From Candidatus Nanohalobium constans (lineage in GTDB: Archaea; Nanohalarchaeota; Nanosalinia; Nanosalinales; Nanosalinaceae), in assembly GCF_009617975.1 (NCBI RefSeq), contig NZ_CP040089.1, forward strand, positions 941,464 through 973,463: DNA of 32,000 nucleotides. Reading direction: 5' to 3'. The translations under genes and the position numbers were made by a program. Position 1 is the first letter of the stretch. Each line of letters starts with the position of its first letter. Below, one piece after another: positions 1 to 8,540 of this stretch. A model generated the notes under the pieces. It had not been told where the DNA came from, did not search any database, and saw only the letters and a list, made by a program, of their open reading frames with translations.

Positions 1-855
1 TGCAAATAATGCTGCACCCGCCAGGTATGTGAATGAATCACCCGGAAGCATTGAAGCCGGATAGTAATTGTACCTGAGGAAAGCTAAGGTCGTGGCACTT
101 AGTGAAAGTGCTATAACTGCTGCTTCAAACCTGTTATTCATTAAAGCAAATACGCCAACTGCAGCGGAAGTTACAAGAGTAAGAGTTGTTGATAATCCGT
201 TTGTCCCTGCCAGTATGTTAACAGCGTTAGTCACAAAGAAGAAGCCTCCAGGCATCAACACCAGTGGATAGATCAAGCCCCAGTTTACAGTATAAGAAGT
301 GAGCGGGACGGACATTGTCCATGAGCCTGCTCCTACAGCGATAAGCGGTAGAAGTGCCGGCAATACAAAGAGCATCTTTGGAACTTGGCTTAAACCCTCC
401 CTATGCATATCTTCAGAAGTTTCAGATTGACCCGTGACCACAGAAATTTTTTCATGTATTACCTGGTGAGGAAAGTCAATCTCAGCTACCTTCTGCCCCA
501 GATCAAGCGTAAACTCAGTGTCAGCTGTCTCCTCTCGTATAATACCTTCTATATCTATATGTATATCATCTATTAGACCTATCAACGCAATTATATTTAC
601 TGAGGTAAGTGCTGCTAAAAGCATTGTTATATCGGAATCTGTGCCTGTAACAGTTGTCAGCGCCATGTAGAGAGTTACAGAAAAAATAAAGCCGAAGAGG
701 ACCGGAAGACCGCCTGAAGTAGGTAGTTTTGGTCTCGTTTCTTTCTGCTGGTCTATACCGTATATCCCTGACGCCAGAAGATACTTCTTAGCGTAAGGAG
801 TGGCGATATAGACGGATGTGAACCCTGCTATCAATGAAAGCAGTAGTGCTATCAT
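1..855 (-). CDS. aglH: Dolichyl-phosphate HexNAc-1-phosphate transferase (AglH/Alg7, MraY-WecA superfamily). Partial: the C-terminal part lies beyond the left edge.
   Basis: Absent from the ORF track because it is edge-truncated. Hand translation of the minus strand from ATG 855-853 gives 285 sense codons down to nt 1: MIALLLSLIAGFTSVYIATPYAKKYLLASGIYGIDQQKETRPKLPTSGGLPVLFGF...NIIALIGLIDDIH...FFVTNAVNILAGTNGLSTT...YYPASMLPGDSFTYLAGAALFA. GLIDD, NxxNxxAGxNGL and xGDxxT/S motifs are family hallmarks. The start overlaps the aglB stop as ATGA (852-855). Confidence 0.85.
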   Translation of the reverse strand, partial: MIALLLSLIAGFTSVYIATPYAKKYLLASGIYGIDQQKETRPKLPTSGGLPVLFGFIFSVTLYMALTTVTGTDSDITMLLAALTSVNIIALIGLIDDIHIDIEGIIREETADTEFTLDLGQKVAEIDFPHQVIHEKISVVTGQSETSEDMHREGLSQVPKMLFVLPALLPLIAVGAGSWTMSVPLTSYTVNWGLIYPLVLMPGGFFFVTNAVNILAGTNGLSTTLTLVTSAAVGVFALMNNRFEAAVIALSLSATTLAFLRYNYYPASMLPGDSFTYLAGAALFA

Positions 856-3521
856 TCTGTGATTTCCCACATCTTGATGTAGCCATTTGAGGCTTCAGGA
901 ACCTTTTCAGCGTAGTCAACACCGCGCCCATCCTGCAGGTATAGCTTGACAAGTGTCGAATCTGTGATCTTCTCAGGAACTAGGATTAGCCGCGACTGCG
1001 TGCCTGCTGCACCCCTTTCCAAACTGTAGAAAGGATCTTCAACAGCACAGAATCCTAGGTCTCTTTCAACATCAAAGTCTTCTCTGCCGTCCTCTGTAAG
1101 CAGACAGCCTACTTCAGCAGTTTGACCATCTGCAAACCGGACAGTTGGCGGACCTGAAAGCCCTGCCGAGGAATTTGTAAACTCTACCGGAGCATAGATT
1201 GACACAGGGTCTCTGCCCAGCCTTCCTCGGAACTGAGCCACAGTCTGACCGTCTTCCTCGCTCAAAGAGCTTTGTAGCGCGCCAGGAGTACTGAACTGTG
1301 CCATAGCCTGGTAGTCTTGGTTATCCTTATTTGCTATCTGACTTACTGCTGAAAACTTGCCTATCATGCTGTGATCAAGCCAGATGTAATCAGCTGAGGT
1401 CTGCTCAAGATAGTCTGTGTCATTAGCGGTCGTCGAGTTAAGGTAGCTAGCTAACCTGTAGTTCATGTGATCTCCTTCACTTGTGTAGTATCTTAGGTTT
1501 CCTCCATCGGCTACAGATGCTCTGTTCCCTAATGTCTGGAAGTTGTAACCGTAGTCCCACCATGAAAGCACTACAGAACCATTCGGCGTCTCATCCTCCA
1601 TGTAGTCTAGGCTCTGTTCCCAGAGCTGAGGTGAAGGTGTTGGAGATCCTCTTATCCCTTGAGACATGCTGAAACCTGAGAAGAAGTTCATGCCTAAAAC
1701 CAGTGCCAGAACAAGCAGTAAACTTGCTGTTTTCAGATTATCTGAGTCTATATTATCTGACCAGTCGTAATCCAATGCTCTTAGCTTTGATATTACTATG
1801 TTTAAACCATGACCTGCGCCAAGAGCTACCGCAAATGTTGATAGGAATACGAGCCGTGATCTAGTTGTACCTCCGTAAAGATTGGAGCCTATCCATACTA
1901 GAGGTATGATCATGTACCATCTACAGGTTATTTCTCTTTCAGGGAAGTGGTCTAGGTAGTTGAGTATTGCCGATCCTGCTACTGCAGCTAAGGTAGGCCA
2001 TAGAGTCAGGTAGGCGAATGAAGTGAATAAACCGCCTGTAAATCTGAATGATGCTATTGACAGCCCTACTGCCGTTCCCAGAAGCATCAAAGTGGATATG
2101 CTGAACGCTGAGTCTTCATCTAGGAAATAGACTGTGGCTAGGATTGTAGCAGCCACTATTGCAGCTGCGAACGCCGAGATAAACACGAAGTTCAAGACCA
2201 GTCCAACCATGAATATTATTGTGGCTACGAAGACTGCCTGAGTATAGGCAATATGCTTTTTGCCCGGAATAACGTCACCGAAGACACCGTACTTCTTTCC
2301 AAGCATCATCATTAGGGCTGTTGATGTAGCGACGATTGAAACTATCATGAATGTCCAAGGACTTAGCAGCATGGAGAAAATTTCCAGTCCTGCCGGGACT
2401 CTACCAGCTAGCACCGATCCAAGGCTTGTTGCAAGGCTGTTTACTCCCGGTGCTGCATTTTCCTGTACTGTTTTACCTATAACGCTGTTACCTGTCTTTC
2501 CTAGTGCCAGACTGACAAGCCTTAGAATTTTGTCAGCGACCCATTGAGAGTAGATGGGTGAGAGTACTGCCATAAAGAACCCTAGGACACCCATCGAAGG
2601 CACGAAGTAAGGAAGATACTTTTCCTGGACTACTTCGAATTCTTCGACAAGGTATCTTAGCCATAGGAGTCCTAATGCTGCTGACGCTATAAGGAATAAA
2701 GAGTCTGTGAACCAGAACCTTCCTGGATTGGTGAATGCTGCGAAGAATCCTCCTATCAATACTGTTGGAGTGTATGCAGCTATAAGAGATCTTATTTCGA
2801 TGTTTAGGAACAGTGTGATACCTGTTAGTATCGGATATAGTAGCCAGAGCATTTGGCTGCCTCCCCAGCTGATTGTAAATATTCCTAGAGTTAGACCCGC
2901 CATTATGCCATTCTCCCAGCTTTCTCGTTTCCATGCTCTCGTGAAGAAAAGCAGTGAAGTAACCATCAGGAATGTTCCAAGCGGTTCTTTCTCGAAGAAT
3001 CCTGCCGAAGTTCTTCTAAGTGCTCCAGAGATAACTGCTAGGAAGAATGCTGCTGCAAGCCCCGTATTCTTGTTGAAGTGTTCCTTACCTAGGAAGTACA
3101 TTACCACTGTTGAAGCAGCTCCTAGAAGCGCTGGGTAGAACTGTGCCCATTCCAGGTAGTTCTCGAAGAACAGTGAGAACCCTAAATTGTACAGTACTGC
3201 AGGGACGATGAAGTCTCCTATCTGAAGCGAGTAAGTCGGTGCCGCGTATGGGAAATAACGCATGAAATCTACTTGTGGCATGGTGCCTTCGAGTGCGAGG
3301 TGTTGGCTCATGCGGAAGATGAAGTATGGATCAGCGGCTTGGAGGTACTGCATGCCTTTTTCCGGCATGTAGCGTAACATGAATGCAAGTAAAAATACGA
3401 GTGTTAGACCTCCTAAGTGCCAATTTTCCTTAAGCTTCGTTAGAATGGTTTCTCTATCTAAATTATCACTGTACTCTTTGACTTTGTTGGCTGGATCCAT
3501 CCTTGCATGGGTTTTATGCAT
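852..3521 (-). CDS. aglB: Archaeal oligosaccharyltransferase AglB (STT3 family)
   Basis: 889-aa ORF with a multi-TM N-terminal half and a soluble C-terminal domain. It carries the canonical WWDYGY motif (SVVLSWWDYGYNFQ). An alternative start at M8 (3500) fits an AT-rich box at 3527-3534 about 30 nt upstream. Confidence 0.95.
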   Translation of the reverse strand: MHKTHARMDPANKVKEYSDNLDRETILTKLKENWHLGGLTLVFLLAFMLRYMPEKGMQYLQAADPYFIFRMSQHLALEGTMPQVDFMRYFPYAAPTYSLQIGDFIVPAVLYNLGFSLFFENYLEWAQFYPALLGAASTVVMYFLGKEHFNKNTGLAAAFFLAVISGALRRTSAGFFEKEPLGTFLMVTSLLFFTRAWKRESWENGIMAGLTLGIFTISWGGSQMLWLLYPILTGITLFLNIEIRSLIAAYTPTVLIGGFFAAFTNPGRFWFTDSLFLIASAALGLLWLRYLVEEFEVVQEKYLPYFVPSMGVLGFFMAVLSPIYSQWVADKILRLVSLALGKTGNSVIGKTVQENAAPGVNSLATSLGSVLAGRVPAGLEIFSMLLSPWTFMIVSIVATSTALMMMLGKKYGVFGDVIPGKKHIAYTQAVFVATIIFMVGLVLNFVFISAFAAAIVAATILATVYFLDEDSAFSISTLMLLGTAVGLSIASFRFTGGLFTSFAYLTLWPTLAAVAGSAILNYLDHFPEREITCRWYMIIPLVWIGSNLYGGTTRSRLVFLSTFAVALGAGHGLNIVISKLRALDYDWSDNIDSDNLKTASLLLVLALVLGMNFFSGFSMSQGIRGSPTPSPQLWEQSLDYMEDETPNGSVVLSWWDYGYNFQTLGNRASVADGGNLRYYTSEGDHMNYRLASYLNSTTANDTDYLEQTSADYIWLDHSMIGKFSAVSQIANKDNQDYQAMAQFSTPGALQSSLSEEDGQTVAQFRGRLGRDPVSIYAPVEFTNSSAGLSGPPTVRFADGQTAEVGCLLTEDGREDFDVERDLGFCAVEDPFYSLERGAAGTQSRLILVPEKITDSTLVKLYLQDGRGVDYAEKVPEASNGYIKMWEITE

Positions 3522-3561
3522 ACATGTTTTTTATTGGCTTGCACACGCATGGAAAGGGATG

Positions 3562-3569
3562 TTTATAAA
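3562..3569 (+). promoter_or_regulatory. Putative TATA box (TTTATAAA) for secF-secD
   Basis: Palindromic TTTATAAA lies about 28 nt upstream of GTG 3594. The same spacing recurs upstream of most first-in-operon genes in this window. Confidence 0.4.
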
Positions 3570-3593
3570 CATTCTAAGACAGGAAGTTATGCT

Positions 3594-4511
3594 GTGAGCC
3601 TAGAACAGAGACTGGAAAAACGTTACTCCGAAATATACAACAACCATCAAAAATATTTCCTAGTCCCTCTAGCACTGCTTATGCTGGCAGTAGCAGTACT
3701 GGGCTTCAGCTACACTCAAAACGGAGAATTCTTTCAGAAAGGAACAGACTTCACCGGAGGAACCGAAGCACAGTTTCAGATAAACGGCTCATTCCCAACA
3801 ACAGAAATCGAGCAAGCGTTCTCAGATGCTGGAAAACCTGGAGCCAACGCAATAACACAGCAGACCAGCGAAGGAAAAAACTTACTAGTCGAAATACCGC
3901 CTCCAGACATCAATCAAAGCGAAGCAGAAGATATACTAACAGACGCAGGCTACCAAGTAGAAGTACTGCAGTTTAACTCGATTTCAGCTTCTGTATCCAA
4001 CCAGTTCTTCCTTCAGGCACAGATAGCATTTGTGCTAGCATTCACAGTCATGAGCCTAGTAATATTCATCGCATTCAAAGATATAACGCCCTCAATGGCC
4101 GTAATATTTGCAGCAGCAGGAGATATAATTATAGCAGGAGCTGGAATGGCTTTGTTAGGCATACCACTTACTCTAGGTTCGTTAGCAGCACTTCTAATGC
4201 TTATAGGTTACTCTGTCGACACAGATATCGTCCTATCAAGCAGAACACTGAAGAGAGAGAAAGACTCACTCCAATCTAGAATGTGGGAATCACTCAAAAC
4301 AGGAGTAACAATGAGCTCAGGAGGTATAGCAGGATTTACACTGCTCTACATAGTATCTTACGTCATAGTTGGTCCTTCAGAACTTTCCAACATTGCAGCA
4401 GTGATGGTAATCGGATTACTAGCCGACATGCCACTGACATGGCTTGGAAACACAGCAATACTGAAATCATACATTGAAGGAGAAGACTTGATCTACAGAG
4501 GTGGAGCATAA
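3594..4511 (+). CDS. secF: Protein-export membrane protein SecF
   Basis: The ORF is open from 3507 and has a C-terminal SecD/F-type TM core (LLMLIGYSVDTDIVLSSR). The start is uncertain. GTG 3594 lies about 28 nt downstream of a TTTATAAA box (3562-3569). ATG 3549 and ATG 3507 are alternatives; 3507 would overlap the aglB start. Confidence 0.85.
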   Translation: MSLEQRLEKRYSEIYNNHQKYFLVPLALLMLAVAVLGFSYTQNGEFFQKGTDFTGGTEAQFQINGSFPTTEIEQAFSDAGKPGANAITQQTSEGKNLLVEIPPPDINQSEAEDILTDAGYQVEVLQFNSISASVSNQFFLQAQIAFVLAFTVMSLVIFIAFKDITPSMAVIFAAAGDIIIAGAGMALLGIPLTLGSLAALLMLIGYSVDTDIVLSSRTLKREKDSLQSRMWESLKTGVTMSSGGIAGFTLLYIVSYVIVGPSELSNIAAVMVIGLLADMPLTWLGNTAILKSYIEGEDLIYRGGA

Positions 4512-4512
4512 A

Positions 4513-6189
4513 ATGGATAAGAAAGATTTATTGAAAGAATGGCGTATCTGGGTTCTTGTACTAGCATTAATAGCTTCAACAGCACTTCTAATCCCGTGGA
4601 ACAGCTCTACTCTGTTCTTCGATACAAGTGGAGACGAGGTTGGGTTCCAGACCAATCTGGATAACCGTACAAGCATAGACTTCAGCGGAGGAACCCGGAT
4701 GCTTCTAGAACTTCAGTCCAACGCAACTGGAGAAGAATTACAGACTCAGGCAGATGACGTGCGACAGACACTGGAGATAAGGCTCTCTAACCTGAATATT
4801 CCTGATCCGAGTGTCCGTGTAGTAGACATAGGTGGCGGCAACTACCGAATTCAGGTCGAGGCATCCAGCAGCAACCAGACAAGGCTGAGAAATGTAATCC
4901 AGCGAGAAGGAAGCTTCGAAGCACGCATGCCAGTGCCAGTACAGAACGAGAAAAACTTCACCTTAGGCAGCAACACATACAGCTTCCAGGTCCAGAACCA
5001 GTCAGTAGAAGTAACAGGACTTGACAACAGCTACTCAAAACTAGTCGGTCCTAACGAAAGATTCCAAATAGAGGATAACGGAATAGACAACTACAACACC
5101 TCATTTATCTACCAAGTATACAACGAATCAACCGAAACAGCAGATATAGAAGTTGTAGCTTACTCAGGAGACGACATACAATCAGTAGTAGACAGTGATT
5201 CCCGATTAGAGGGAGGTGCAGGAAACTACCAGTTCAGTTTCCCCGTAATAATTTCTACAGCATCAGCCAACAATGTGCTTCATGTAGCTGAGAATTACGG
5301 TAGCTCCGTAGGACAGGAATCAGACCTTACACTAGAGAACGGAGAGTTCGCTCGTTTAGGACTTTATGTCGACGGAGAAAGACAAACTGCATTGAGGATG
5401 GGATCAGAATTCGCCAGACAGGTAGTCACAAAGCCACGGATTCAAGGTGGAGCAGAATCCAGAAGCCAAGCACAGGCAGAGATGGAAGAGTTACAAGTCA
5501 TACTTGAATCAGGTAGCCTGGCAACACCTGTAGAAGTAGTAAGCTCCAGCACCTTGAGCGCAGCAAGAGGAAGCCAGTTCATGACCGCTGCAATACTATC
5601 GATAATCGGTTCATTAGTGGCAGTTGGGTTCGCAGTATTCGCACGCTACAAAGACCCAAGAGTAGTAATTCCGATCGTATTCACAGGTGCATCAGAAGTC
5701 TACATCCTGCTCGGGGCATACTTCACAACACTAGGCACATTAAGCCTTTCAGCAGTGGCAGGAATAATAGCAGCAGTTGGAACAGGAGTAGACGACCAGA
5801 TAATCATTACAGATGAATCAGGAAGAGAAGAGCTTCAAGGATGGCAGCAGAAGATGAAGAACGCGTTCTTCGTAATCTTCACTTCCGCAGCATCCACAAT
5901 TGGTGCAATGCTTCCAATCCTGTCACCAGGAAGCATTTCCTACCTGATCGGGGCAGCAGGAGTCGGATTGATGGGTTACACGCTGTACACCAAGGGCAGG
6001 AACAAGCACTACATCGCGATCGGAGCATTCGCCATAATGGTCGGCGTATTCACATCAACACTAGGACCTTCCGGCGCAGCACTAAGCACAATCCACGAAT
6101 TCGCCCGAACAACAATCCTAGGAATCCTAGTCGGAATAACAATCACCAGGCCAGCATTCGCGAAGACTATCGAATTCATCAAGGAATAA
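4513..6189 (+). CDS. secD: Protein-export membrane protein SecD
   Basis: The ORF is open from 4501, and ATG 4513 is preceded by GGTGGAG. It has an N-terminal TM, a large ectodomain, and a C-terminal SecD/F core (GIIAAVGTGVDDQIIITDE). It directly follows secF (stop at 4511). Confidence 0.9.
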   Translation: MDKKDLLKEWRIWVLVLALIASTALLIPWNSSTLFFDTSGDEVGFQTNLDNRTSIDFSGGTRMLLELQSNATGEELQTQADDVRQTLEIRLSNLNIPDPSVRVVDIGGGNYRIQVEASSSNQTRLRNVIQREGSFEARMPVPVQNEKNFTLGSNTYSFQVQNQSVEVTGLDNSYSKLVGPNERFQIEDNGIDNYNTSFIYQVYNESTETADIEVVAYSGDDIQSVVDSDSRLEGGAGNYQFSFPVIISTASANNVLHVAENYGSSVGQESDLTLENGEFARLGLYVDGERQTALRMGSEFARQVVTKPRIQGGAESRSQAQAEMEELQVILESGSLATPVEVVSSSTLSAARGSQFMTAAILSIIGSLVAVGFAVFARYKDPRVVIPIVFTGASEVYILLGAYFTTLGTLSLSAVAGIIAAVGTGVDDQIIITDESGREELQGWQQKMKNAFFVIFTSAASTIGAMLPILSPGSISYLIGAAGVGLMGYTLYTKGRNKHYIAIGAFAIMVGVFTSTLGPSGAALSTIHEFARTTILGILVGITITRPAFAKTIEFIKE

Positions 6190-6214
6190 AACCACATTTT
6201 CCCCATATTTTTCT

Positions 6215-6967
6215 ATGAAAGTGCTGATAACCGGAGGCAGCAACGGCATAGGCAAAGCCACAGCCCAGAAACTGCAGCAGGAAGACCATGAAGCAATAAT
6301 TTTCGACAAGGAAAGACCGGATTACAGAGTTGATTTCTATCAGGGTGATGTCAGAGACGACGAAAGAGTCAAGGAAGTCGCCGAAAAAGCCGATTTCGAT
6401 GTACTGGTTAACTGCGCCGGTTTCTATGAATTAGGTAGCGTCGAAGACATGGAGAAAGAAACAGCAGAGAAAATATTCGACACAAATGTCCACGGATACC
6501 TCAACTTCATCAGACACTCAATGCCAACGCTAAGAGAAAAGAACGGGCGAATAGTAAACATCACCTCCGTAGCTGGAAGAGTTTCGATTCCCTTCTTCGG
6601 CACTTACTGCGGATCTAAGCACGCTGTCGAATCCATCAGCGACTCACTTAGAAGAGAACAAGACGAAGTAGAAGTCGCAATCGTAGAACCTGGAGTAATT
6701 GAGACAGGTTTCAACGAGAGAGCTAGAGAAGCTTTGGAAAAGTATCTGCCAGACTCATTTTATTCTGAAGAGTATGAAGAAATACTATTAGAAGATGGCC
6801 TAGATGGCGTCGATGCGGAGAAAGCGGCTGAAAAAGTTTTTAAAGCAGTTACAGATAAGAGGGCGAAGAGAAGATATCAGGTTCCATTCAGAGCAAAGTT
6901 TGCGATCCTAACAGGACTCATGCCTGCTGTTGTTCAGGATTGGATAATAGAGAAAGTAATGAGATAA
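6215..6967 (+). CDS. Short-chain dehydrogenase/reductase (classical SDR), substrate unknown
   Basis: Rossmann motif TGGSNGIGKA at the N-terminus, YCGSK (YxxxK) active-site motif, about 250 aa. An AATAAAA box lies about 27 nt upstream. Confidence 0.85.
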   Translation: MKVLITGGSNGIGKATAQKLQQEDHEAIIFDKERPDYRVDFYQGDVRDDERVKEVAEKADFDVLVNCAGFYELGSVEDMEKETAEKIFDTNVHGYLNFIRHSMPTLREKNGRIVNITSVAGRVSIPFFGTYCGSKHAVESISDSLRREQDEVEVAIVEPGVIETGFNERAREALEKYLPDSFYSEEYEEILLEDGLDGVDAEKAAEKVFKAVTDKRAKRRYQVPFRAKFAILTGLMPAVVQDWIIEKVMR

Positions 6968-6975
6968 GGGAAAAA

Positions 6976-7284
6976 TTATTGTACTTCTATGACTGCTTCG
7001 GCTACATCGTCCGCATTCTTCAGTGCTTCTCTTGCTTCATCTTCGCTGCAGTCTGTTTTTTCCTGTACTAGTTCAATGTCTTCCTGTGAAGGACCTTGTT
7101 CTTCTTTAGTGTAGTCCCCCTGCAGTTGGAACATTTCCTGACCTTGCATGTCGATTTTACTGACTTGTGGGGATTTGAATACAAATTTTTGGTCTCCAAC
7201 ATGGATTTCGACCTTGTCTGCGTCAATTTCGTCCATGTCCATTCCCATCTGCTTCATCATCTGCTGCATGTTTCCGCCGAACAT
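6976..7284 (-). CDS. nac: Nascent polypeptide-associated complex protein (archaeal NAC, with C-terminal UBA-like domain)
   Basis: MFGGNMQQMMKQMGMDMDEIDADKVEIH... is a typical archaeal NAC N-terminus, and the C-terminal SEDEAREALKNADDVAEAVIE is UBA-like. The track ORF (to 7323) begins at a TTG. ATG 7284 lies about 26 nt from a TTTAAA box. Confidence 0.9.
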   Translation of the reverse strand: MFGGNMQQMMKQMGMDMDEIDADKVEIHVGDQKFVFKSPQVSKIDMQGQEMFQLQGDYTKEEQGPSQEDIELVQEKTDCSEDEAREALKNADDVAEAVIEVQ

Positions 7285-7306
7285 AACCTCTAATGCCACG
7301 CCATTC

Positions 7307-7312
7307 TTTAAA
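7307..7312. promoter_or_regulatory. Shared symmetric TATA element (TTTAAA) of the divergent nac / tctA-like pair
   Basis: The hexamer centre (7309.5) is 25.5 nt from ATG 7284 (minus strand) and 25.5 nt from ATG 7335 (plus strand). Confidence 0.45.
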
Positions 7313-7334
7313 TGAATAAGCAAAAACCGCGTAC

Positions 7335-8498
7335 ATGCTGGAAATCCTGGCCTACAGCCTGACAGGAGTTCTCCTCGGAGTATTCACAGGGCTGATTCCC
7401 GGAATACATCCAAACACAGTGATTTTCAGCTCTATTCCGTTCTACTTAACCTCTGAAATAGAGTTTATACTCTACGCCGCTCTAATTTCAGGTCTTTCGA
7501 TCAGCCACACCTTCCACGACTTCATACCTGCATTCTATCTCCAGGCACCCGAAGGAGGAACAGCACTGTCGATGAGCGTCGGCTCAGAAATGGCTTCAAA
7601 CGGCAGAGGATTCGAAGCATTCAATTCTACGCTTATAGGAGGAATTACTTCGCTCTTCGTCTTTATCCTGATGCTGCCCGTGCTTTACTTCTTTCTGAAA
7701 AATGTTTATGCTGCTGTGGAACCTTTTATGGCTCCTTTTCTTGCGTTCTTCCTTTTCTTCCTTATTTTTCGCTCAGGACGTAAAGAGGCATTTATAGTTG
7801 CTGGATTAGCCGGAACCCTAGGCCTGCTTACCTTGAACAGCAGTATCGCCGGCAGCTTCATATTGATGCCGATTTTCTCTGGTTTATTCGCTGTTCCTGC
7901 TGTCCTGTCTTCAATCGGCTCTGGTGCAGAGATTCCTGGGCAGGAGGAAAGTTTTGAGTTCGAAGGAGTTAGAGGAGGTGCCGTTGGTTTTCTGGCTGGT
8001 ACTATGGCAGGCGTTTTTCCAGGTTTAGGTGCAGCTGGTTCTACTAGTTTTCTTATGCCTCTGCTTGAGGACAAGAAGGATTTCTTGGCTGGCATGGGTG
8101 GTGTCAATACTTCTGATATTGCGATGTCGCTGGTTTCTCTCCTGGTGATTGGTAAGGCACGTTCCGGGAGTTCTGTTGCTTTAAGCAGTTTGACTCAGAC
8201 TGTGGAATGGGAGATTTTCCTGCTTATCGGTGTTTCTATTTTCTGTGCTGGTATTTCTGCTTTGACTGCTTTGCGCTCTCACAATTTGTTTTTGCAAGTC
8301 TTTGAGTTGGTGAGTTTTCGTTTTGTAGGATTTCTGGTGCTTGCTGTTTTGCTCGGCGTTAGTTTTGTGTTTTCAGGTGTGTTTGGTGTATTGGTTTTGT
8401 TGGTTGCTTCTTTGGTTGGTGGTTATAGTTTTTTGGTTGATTGTCGTAGTGTTTGTATGGCTGTTTTGTTGGTGCCTGCGATTTTCTTTTTCCTGTAG
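7335..8498 (+). CDS. TctA/DUF112-family polytopic membrane protein (putative transporter subunit)
   Basis: 387 aa and highly hydrophobic, with repeated GxxPGxG-like motifs (GLIPGIHPNT, GVFPGLGAAGS) as in TctA/DUF112 proteins. The family call is from memory of these motifs only. Confidence 0.6.
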   Translation: MLEILAYSLTGVLLGVFTGLIPGIHPNTVIFSSIPFYLTSEIEFILYAALISGLSISHTFHDFIPAFYLQAPEGGTALSMSVGSEMASNGRGFEAFNSTLIGGITSLFVFILMLPVLYFFLKNVYAAVEPFMAPFLAFFLFFLIFRSGRKEAFIVAGLAGTLGLLTLNSSIAGSFILMPIFSGLFAVPAVLSSIGSGAEIPGQEESFEFEGVRGGAVGFLAGTMAGVFPGLGAAGSTSFLMPLLEDKKDFLAGMGGVNTSDIAMSLVSLLVIGKARSGSSVALSSLTQTVEWEIFLLIGVSIFCAGISALTALRSHNLFLQVFELVSFRFVGFLVLAVLLGVSFVFSGVFGVLVLLVASLVGGYSFLVDCRSVCMAVLLVPAIFFFL

Positions 8499-8540
8499 GA
8501 GTGCAAGTATTTTTATCTGTCGTGTTTGTAATTTTGTGTT

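Noticed and set aside
68-271. 67-aa plus-strand ORF at the left edge
   Set aside because: It lies entirely antisense to the uninterrupted 285-codon aglH frame, which has clear family motifs. It is a shadow ORF.
1481-3138. ORFs 1481-1672, 2260-2547, 2533-2934 and 2707-3138 inside aglB
   Set aside because: These are alternative-frame or antisense shadows of an 889-aa gene with the WWDYG motif. Their composition is low-complexity and Ser/Arg/Pro-rich, and no motifs are present.
5841-6309. ORFs 5841-6218, 6009-6206 and 6127-6309 overlapping the secD 3' end and the SDR 5' end
   Set aside because: They are Arg/Asn/His-rich out-of-frame translations of real genes, with no independent signals.
7600-7750. 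Replication origin as the explanation for the skew switch at about 7.68 kb
   Set aside because: The switch lies inside an intact ORF. I saw no ORB-like repeats, no AT-rich unwinding element and no orc1/cdc6 gene nearby. Several other polarity changes occur within 32 kb, and nac (6976-7284) does not fit a simple strand model.
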